Source: Antedon mediterranea (taxonomy: Eukaryota; Animalia; Echinodermata). Taken from it: a stretch of 64,000 nucleotides of DNA. The stretch is taken from NCBI RefSeq assembly GCF_964355755.1, contig NC_092671.1:11346001-11410000 (forward strand), read 5' to 3'. Every line of letters begins with the position of its first letter. Within the stretch, counting starts at the first letter, position 1. A program made the translations under genes and the position numbers. The notes under the pieces are model-generated. The model saw only the letters and a list, made by a program, of their open reading frames with translations, had not been told where the DNA came from and searched no databases. Of the stretch, positions 55,119-64,000 are shown piece after piece.

Positions 55119-55565
55119 ATGCTCCTGCGGGTCCCATGGACTCAACACCGCACAGATGATAGCATAAGAGAGGAGCTTGGTGTATCAAATGATTGGTTGC
55201 TGCAGTATGTTAAAAAGCAGAAATTGTGCTATTTTGGTCACATTAAGCGGAAAGATGGAATGGAGAAGACAGTGTTGGAGGTTTATATTACAGGGAAGAG
55301 AAGAAGAGGAAGACCAAGATGCAAATGGAAAAGTTAAGTCGAAGGTGCTCTCCAGATGGAATGCCATCCTGAGATGAGTAGTAGTAATTTTGTTTATTTT
55401 ATTTATTTCATTTATATGTAATTTACTTTCTATGGACCAGAGTTTCCAAAATAAAAGATTGAATGAATGAATGGAAAGAACTATAACAGATGTGTTTGAC
55501 TCTATGGAGCAAGCAAGTAGGATGACAGAAGACAGGCGATGGTTTCAGAATACTGTTAGAGAAGC
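55119..55565 (+). mobile_element. Duplicate of the RTE fragment at 40698
   Basis: Near-identical sequence at an offset of ~14.4 kb. Confidence 0.7.
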
Positions 55566-56130
55566 TTTCTTTTTTTTCGCGTGTGAAATTTTCCTCTTGA
55601 GGATGAAGTCTTTCTCATGATTGTTGTCCGTGCTTAAAAAATGCCTAATGCAAAAGCTTTCGATAATTTAGAGCTCACTTGTAATCAAGCTATATACATA
55701 TTATATGAAATCATAAATCATGAAAATAAACAATGCTGATACTTCTGTTTTTCGTGATCATTACATCACACATCGTGCCCAGCAGACTCTAACCCCGATA
55801 TTTATTCTGTAGAATAGATATGTTCGAAATGGATCACACCATTTAGTTTGTCGTTAAAGTTAGACTGAAAGATGAACTAAATTTCGTTTCGGAAAAGACA
55901 TAAATGTAAACCTATAGTAGGTTATTTTTTAATTAGCTATAATATGTACAACATGTTACTGCTATTTGACATATTCCCTTCTATACATAAATGTTTTGAA
56001 CACATTGCTTAGTTTCACGGCCATTTAAATATCTAGATACAACCCAAACCCAAACGAAATTAACTAAAGCTGGCATGAGAACCAATATAACGATATAATC
56101 ACTATTTCAAATTGCAACATTTTTTTATTC

Positions 56131-59100
56131 TTAAGTATTGGCTGCTCCTTGCATCTGAAGACTTTCAAAATCTGTATTCCCTCTTATGTTGTTTTTCCTG
56201 TAATAATAAAACAAGAATATAAGTTACACGGTGTCATCGGTAATCGGAAATAAGTTTAAAGGTAAAAGTAAAGTACTGCTTTTACCTTGTAATCATTTCC
56301 GCTTCTTCTATAGTCTGCGGCAGTGGCACATTTAAAGTTTCCGGCAAAAGAAGTGCCACCAGTCCAGAAGTCACTGACGTAAAACTGAACGCCACCAGCG
56401 GCAGAGGTGCCCATATTTTTTCGAGGAAAAGAATCTGAGGGGCAAGCATTCCAGCCACTCGTGAAAAGATGGAGCATATTCCTAAACCGGTGCTCCTGTA
56501 AACACATAAAATTACGTTGTAAATGTCACATGTATTGACACAATGTGCACCAAAAGAACGGGTGCTGTGTGTTTTTTCGGAAAACCAATCATTTTACAAA
56601 GACCAGACAACATTCAGGAACATTAATATTATTGTACGAACTTAGTATATTATTGCTTGTGAAAATAAATGTATTTAACTTGCCTAATATTCGTTGGAAA
56701 AAGTTCAACAGTATATATATAAACAATTCCAAATGCAGATGTAATGAAAAACTTGCCAATCATTGCTAAAGATGTTCTGAAAGCCACGAGTGTTACCGCT
56801 GAAAGTGTACAAACATGATTATTATTACTCTAAATAAATGGCTTTATAAAAGCAACACGTTGCTAAAAAAATTGAAAATTCGAATCGACCTGAAAAATAC
56901 ATTGTTAAATTACCTTAGTAATATTTGTAGTATAATAAAAAGGTGGAATTCTGATTGTCGATATATAATATATATAATAAATAGTACCGTATGCTCGATT
57001 ATAATCCTAATTTAGGCTAAATTCGGACACTATTTGGTGGTGGTACGTGACTTTCAATAGAGCATGCATCAATGTTGAACTAATCTAGACTTACGAATCC
57101 AAATATTGATGAAACAAGCAACACCACCAGCAACAAGGGTACCTGCTAGTGAACATCGTCTGCCCAGCATCTGAATAAAGAACCAAGTGAACAGGTAGGC
57201 CAACAACTCTGTAACACCACCTAAGAAAGTTCCAATGTATACGTCGACGTTTAGACCCTCAACACCATACGTCAAGCCATAGTAGGCAAGGTTAACGGCA
57301 AACCTATTTTAAACATTAGTTTAAGCAACATTTAGTTTTAGTTGGAATCTATCAAAAACATATCTCTGATATGGCTGTAATGACATGGCATTACACTTTT
57401 ACCTTTTTTACTTTTTCGGTCACAGAGTTTTAGAGCGGAAAATAGTTTTAATACACAAATAAACAAGAAATATGTCGTACCAACTATATGTGATGTAAAC
57501 AGTTTTTCTTCTCATCTCTGGATATCGAAGTATAATCAACGGACTAGTCTTGGTACTTTCACTTGAATCCTATAATAAAAATTCATGCGTTTTACGTCAC
57601 ATTTTGTTTTATTAACTTTCTTTTATTCAATTAAAGATGTATTGTCCCAAAAACATGAAAAATAAAATTAGACTTTGAATAGATTATTTTGTAGTTTTAA
57701 TAACGTTTTCGTAGAAAACAAACTGACAAAGTTAATGTTTTCACTTATAAAATGACAAAATAAATGGTTAAATTCAACCAAAAACGTATTGGCAGCCAAT
57801 TTGATTAATGTTTGCTTTAAGCTACAATTTTTTAGGTAAATACATTTTTTCGATTACATATTTTGGTATAAGTGGATAACTATTCGGTATTAATGTCACC
57901 TATTATCCACTTATACCAAAAATGGCATATTCAAAAACAAAATGTTAAGAATTCATTTTTCAGGGTGGTGGGTGGCGGTGTCAATACATCTTTAAAAACA
58001 TATAGAATTAGTATTACGATGACATTTTGCCAGCGAAATAAATATTTCAACTTACACATCCAACTTCTAAATTGGCCAATATGTCATCTGGTAAATCTCC
58101 AACTTTATTTCTTTTTGCAATTTTTTGAATAACAAGCTTTGCTTCTTCAGTTCTCCCCTTGGCAAGAAGCCAGCGAGGTGACTCTGGAATAAAACTGTAA
58201 AAACGATCAAACTAATTTAGAAATTAATTACTAGATTACCTACAATCCACCGAAACATATAACATAAAAATATTATAAGACCAACTTTGCTTGACCATAC
58301 TTATTGTTTAAATATCTATAAAAAAATTGTTACCATATGCGAATTAATTCACAGAGCTAATATTCACATGATGCTCCCAAAACAAAGTCTTAAGTTTTTA
58401 GGAGTGGAGTTCTTTTTTTTGATTGTCATAAGAAAAAAAAGTGACACTTTACACGATTTGAACAGTATGACCCTACTGTACGATCAATATACAAGGCTAC
58501 AACTAAACTTTACAATAGCTAATTATATTTCCTGTGTACATTCATTTAAGGAACATATGTAATATATCAATTCACAAATTACACTTTACATGCTTTCTGT
58601 TTTTAATTTATAAAAGTACACTTATAATACATTGGTTCTTACAAGTAAAGCAACAGCAGAGGGGAAAGGGAAATGCTGAAAGTCATGAGAAGCTTGTCCC
58701 ATGATCTAATGAAATAAGCAATCAGAGCTAACATCATTATGCCAAAGCACCAATAGATCGTCACAATGGTAGACATCATGGCTCTTCTTGATGGAGCAAC
58801 TACTTCCGTAACTGAAAATAATAACAGAGAAAAAACAATATTTAAATACAAATTGTCTGTATGGTATTAAATTATCGGGACAGTCTACGAAATATATTGG
58901 AAATGTTTATTGTATGCCCGTGACGAACAGTTATCTCATCAAAATATTATTATTCAGCTTAAAAAGTCAGGACATTTACCGGGTACTTATACAGGGTGTT
59001 TTTATAAGGCATGGTACTGTAGTAGGGACCTTAGAATTGCGACGACCAACCTATAGGGCCTACGCATACCGTGCCGTTTTCGTCCCTTGTACCTGCATGC

Positions 59101-61255
59101 CCACAATGCATTATCTATGACGTGAATCGAAAGCTTCTTAATTATGTCGTCTCAATATTGAGGAGATTTTACGTGAATGTGGGTACACTGTGCAGTATTA
59201 CTATTACTATTACCTATCTCCAGATCTGAATATACCATTTGAATTGTTTTTGTTAAGGTGGTCATAGTTTTAGTAATATATATAAGTGGGGTTTTTTTCG
59301 CAACGGTTTAGATTATGAATTTTAAAGATAAAATATTATTCCTACCGTATGTGAATACTGAAACATATAACCCAATATTAGCTAATCCGCCAAGGAAGCG
59401 GAAACTCACATACATCACATATGATTTCGACAGACTGCATAACATCGTGAATGATAAAGCCAATGCAAAGCCTAAGAACACTCCTTTTCTTCTTCCTAGA
59501 CTAACAATTGAAGTTTATAAAATGTGAGTAGTGTAACGAAATGAATGAATAAGAGTTACACAGTAGTTCAAGATTACTTAAGATTAAACTACACTCAAAC
59601 ATGGGTTAAGGAATAGACTCGAAAGCACATATAATTAGGAAAAAGAACAATCAGAGAGTTGCAACATCCACCAGGAGTAACAGGTATCAAGAATCGTGAT
59701 AAACATTCTTCTTGTATAGTTACGGCCTAAAATTAGTAAAATAATAAAAAGTGGTCTAGAATTGTTATCCTAGTGCAGAATGCCTCCAAAATTGAATGGC
59801 ATGATACTATTATGAAGGTACCGAATTCTGTCATTTATTTAAAACTTACAAATCACAAAGAAGTCCGAATAGAATAGAACCAACAAAGAAGCCTGCTAGG
59901 TACAATGATGATGCCAAGGACACCAAATAACTATCTTCACACACCAGGTCAAACTACCAAAATATAATGCATATTATATAAATATTTATTGTTGACACTA
60001 ATAAGGCATTGTTGTGATGTTTTGGAACAACTCCTGAAATATAGGTAACAATAATTTTAGAATGATTGGAAAATAATATTCATCTGGTTTGAAGATACGA
60101 TATTTTAACAATCTATTTTGATTCTATTTTCGACAAACCAAAATTAGTTACTGACCGGACTGACAGTTTCAGTACTCCTTTCACTAACAGTCAGTCAGGT
60201 CAGTAACTAATTTTGGTTTGTAAAAATACTAGATTTTTTAAATAATGATTTTAGAAGTTATATATCATAATATACTGTACGGTAATGTGGGCTGAAACGG
60301 CCGGTAAGTATATAGGCCTACTGTTGTTGGTGGCATTCAGTATCATTTCATTTCATTATTTATTCGGTCTATTTCAATTATACTTTTTAAAAAACTGAAA
60401 TTGGGGAGACTAGGATTAACATTAAATGATCTATTTTTTCTGTTATTTCACATGGCAGTAGGCCTATTCTTTTTTTCATGGGAAATCGTTTGAACTCACT
60501 AAGCTCGCTCATATACCATGGATGAGTTAATTTAACTCTTCTCTGATACTATTGTTTTTCACATAAGTATTCACCACGAGCTATACTTTATTGTTCATAT
60601 ACACAATGACAGTTTTGACTATAAGCTACTCCAACGCAACCGTTTCTAAAATCTAAAACTAACCTCTATTTTGCTTTGTAATAATCTAACTCAGTAAGTA
60701 ATCCACACAATAGAGCATGCATTAGGAGAGACACCGTTACTTTAAGCAGTCTATAAATGCCAATGGCTTATTGTTAATAACTCAGTGTGTATACAGTATT
60801 AATACATACGTCATATGGATTAGTATGTCACTTCGAAGTTTGTTTTTTGACAAGCATAATGTGCAAAAAAACAATGTTAAGATTAAGATTTGTTCTACCT
60901 CTTGACGAACACAAAATAAACAATCTTACCTCAGACACAATAGTGGAATCATACCGTGATCGATCGTAAGCCCATCCATGTTCACAATCAATCAGTTCAG
61001 TCGTATCATTTGCATACATTCTACATTGTGCTTCATTAATTAATAGTGTCCCCTCATCATCAGGTGGAAGACTCATGCTATCGTTTGTATTCCAGCAGTC
61101 ACCGAGATAAAGCTCGCTACAATTAGCTTCATCTGGAGGCTTGCAATGGTGATCCATATTTCCACTGATAAACACGGTTGATATATTAGTAAACGAATTC
61201 GAAAATATAAGACAGCATATTGACAATGTCACCAGTTTGTGATAGAGACCATATT
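56131..61255 (-). pseudogene. SLC22 copy D, exon 1 interrupted by a Polinton insertion after coding nt 34
   Basis: All downstream exons are present. Exon 1 (60930-61255) is 326 of 360 nt and breaks at GACCATATT|AGTAGT. Confidence 0.85.
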
Positions 61256-64000
61256 AGTAGTATATGTAGGACTTCAGACCCGAATGGAATGTCATATCCC
61301 CAGGGCATATTTCATATTTCTATTGTTTAATTTCCAGGTATTGTAATAATAATTAGTGAAAGGTCACTCTTTGTACCAGACCCGAAAGGAATGTCATATC
61401 CCTAGGGTATATATTATATTTTCTATTGTTTAATTTCCTGTTATTGTAATATTAATTAGCGAAAGGTCATTCTTTGTTAGAGAAGGGGGTTTGTTATTTT
61501 GGCGGGGTTTCCGTTTTGGCCTGTGTTATATTCGTAATTAGTAAAGAATTTGTATTTAAAAAAAAAAAAAATTAGTGAAAGGTCATTCTTTGTTAGAGAA
61601 AGGGGTTTTTGATTAAAAGTTGTTGTAGTTTTATTTCAAATTTTGTTTATAATTTACTGTTTCAGTGTTACTTGAATAGGTATTGTTAATTAATTTCCAA
61701 TCGTGTATATATTGTTTGACCACTACAAGGCCTTGAATAATCCTTTACAACTCTCCCAACTGTTATTAATTAATCCGTTTACCGACCCCCGTATTTACGG
61801 TTGAAGGCTAGCTCTAATGGTCACTGTTATGGACGGAGTTTCCTAATTATTAAAGAATGTCTGACCAGTCATAATAGTGTAAAGTTCATTGGAAGGTTTA
61901 AAAATAATGTAATTTGTTTTTAATTAGTGAAGGTAATTCTTTGTTTGGGGAGTACTATTGTTATTATTTTGACGATTTATCCATTACAATGATCACCTTT
62001 GTTTAGTATTAATTAATCCGTCTCAGTGTTTTCGGGTGAAGGCTAAATCTATTGGTCACTATTGTGGGCGGAGCTTCCTAATTATTAAAGAACGTCTGAC
62101 CAAGCGTAATCGTCTCGAGAAGGTTTATTACTGTTATTAATTAAGCTATTGGTCACTATTGTGGGCGGGGCTTCCTAATTACTAAAGAATGTCTGACCAA
62201 TCGTAATCGTCGCGGGAAGGTTTTAATAACCGTGTGTTACTTGTTTAGTTCATCATTCATTTACTAATTCTTCAAAGTTTCGGTACCGATTTTTTTCTTC
62301 AAAGTTTCACAATGTCTCAATTCGCTTCTTCCTCAACTGATTCTAACGATAGTTTATTTATCGAGTGTCAAAGAGCTGTTGACTTATCTGACGATAATGT
62401 CCCAGATGTGGGTTTACTAGAGGATTTTGTGTTTGGAGACCAGGACTTTGATTTACCGGTCAGTCAAAGTATTTCTGAAACCGGTAGTCTTTCTCTTACG
62501 GATATATGTGATAACGCCATAGAGATTGTTCAAGATCTATCGGAAAGTTTAATAATTGATCACGTAGAAGTAAGTGTTTTTTGTTTATTATATTTTTAAC
62601 GTAATAATTTTTTTCATTACCGTATATAACTCGTAGAGTAGCTAATGTGTAAACGAATGTGCTTCTGCGTTTACAGTACCATCGCGTTTCCTTTCTAATT
62701 TTTATTTATTTATTTATTTATTTTATTTATTTTTTGTTTGTTTTCTTTAGTATGGTATTGGTGCACACACCAAATGTTTGAAAATGAGGGAATGTGTTGA
62801 GGATAGTGATTCTCAGGAGTCTTCGGTTATTGAGGTAACTATCATTTTATTTTCTTTGCTATTGGTGTTGCTGTATTACATCGTTTATTTCTATTTTTTT
62901 ACCGTTTTACTTTTTTATTTCAGCCTGTACCGGTACAATACGGGAAAGGAGCCAACAGGAAAAGACCAAGGATAGCCGAAGAAGAAGAAGTTGACGATAA
63001 TGACAGCGATGAATTGAACCTTGACGAGGTAGATTTGAGTCATTTTTGTAGTATTAACCGCTTAGCTGATAGGTTTAACCAGCGTTTTAACGCCACGATT
63101 AGCGATTTTACGGTTAAATTTTTTAATGTAGATCATTTAAGTTTAGAGGTGTTCCTTCCCACTCTATATAGAATTTTCGAACATGTCGTCGATAATCTTT
63201 GCATTAAAAACGTGCATGTCGACGATATGCTTCGGATAGTTATTCAAGCTGAGGGGTTGGATACACCCATCTCTATTCCTTTTGGACGGAGGGCCCATCT
63301 GACAGCTGATGTTATTTTTGCAGCCATCATGAAGGTCCTTCAGTCCAAAACGGATATTTTAATTAACAACAAATTTAAGTTTAACGTTCTCCATATGAGA
63401 ATGCCTAGGGGTGGGGGCTATAGAAGAAACGGTATCGACAAACTGCTTAATGCTAAAAGCATAATTAAGATTAAGAATGATGGTAACGAAACTATCTGCT
63501 GCGCACGCGCAATTGTCACGGGTATTTCTATGCTCGAAGACAAAATTAATAACGTTACTAGGTGGAATAATGTTAGACAGGGTAAAGGTGAGCAAAAAAC
63601 AGCCGCCCTTCATTTACTTAGAGATTCGGGGGTTAGGGAGCAAACTTGCGGCATCGAGGAATTAAAAAAGATGCAATCCAAATTACCAAATTATCAAATT
63701 ATTGTCCTTTCTAAAGACAATTTAAATTCTGTAATTTTTAGCGGCGATTATTGTAAGAAGCAGATATATCTTTACCATCATTCTAATCATTATGATCTTA
63801 TAACGACTATGACAGGCTTTTTAAAAGTTTTTTATTTTTGTGATAGATGTTTTACAGGTTATACACACAAGTATTCTCACAAGTGTCAATACACGTGCGT
63901 ACTCTGTAAGCATCACGAATGTGACCCTTCTATTAACGTATCTGTAAATAATACTGTAGAGTGTAAAGAGTGCAATAGATTTTTTAAAAACCAGCAATGT
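61256..64000 (+). mobile_element. Left end of a Polinton/Maverick element (continues beyond window)
   Basis: AGTAGT terminus exactly at the SLC22 breakpoint, a repeat-rich subterminal region, and a PolB-like N-terminal ORF. Confidence 0.85.
62312..64000 (+). CDS. Polinton protein-primed DNA polymerase B-like protein, N-terminal part; predicted exons 62312-62569, 62751-62834, 62924->64000
   Basis: A 359-codon open frame runs to the window end with LDTPISIPF, KVLQSK, MPRGGG, IKNDGNETICCARAIV, IYLYHHSNHYDLI, YFCDRCFTGY..HKC and CKECNRFFKNQQC, which I recognise as Polinton pPolB N-terminal motifs. Catalytic polymerase motifs are not within the window. Confidence 0.8.

Noticed and set aside
63359-63665. 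Short ORFs of 84 aa (-) and 62 aa (+)
   Set aside because: Shadow frames overlapping the long PolB-like frame.

Overview
AT-rich, intron-containing eukaryotic DNA. It is probably from a marine invertebrate deuterostome; an echinoderm is my inference from the gene set, a Deu-type SINE and the abundant TAGGCCTA motifs. Genes were assembled by hand across GT/GC-AG introns: two tandem C17orf98/SPMAP1 (DUF4542)-like ciliary genes, a 4-TM LAPTM4/DUF4728-like gene, a secreted two-WAP-domain gene, an ARM-TIR-SAM-like gene, and a four-copy tandem array of SLC22 transporter genes (two complete, one 3'-truncated, one disrupted). Mobile DNA is dense: tRNA-SINEs, several MITE families, a LINE nested in a DNA transposon, and an hAT-like element carrying a nested ~1.9 kb foldback element. 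The most notable feature is missed by the ORF track. The left end of a Polinton/Maverick (AGTAGT terminus at 61256) is inserted into SLC22 exon 1, and its protein-primed PolB-like gene appears to be split by two phase-0 spliceosomal introns. Family assignments come from motif recognition only; no database searches were run.
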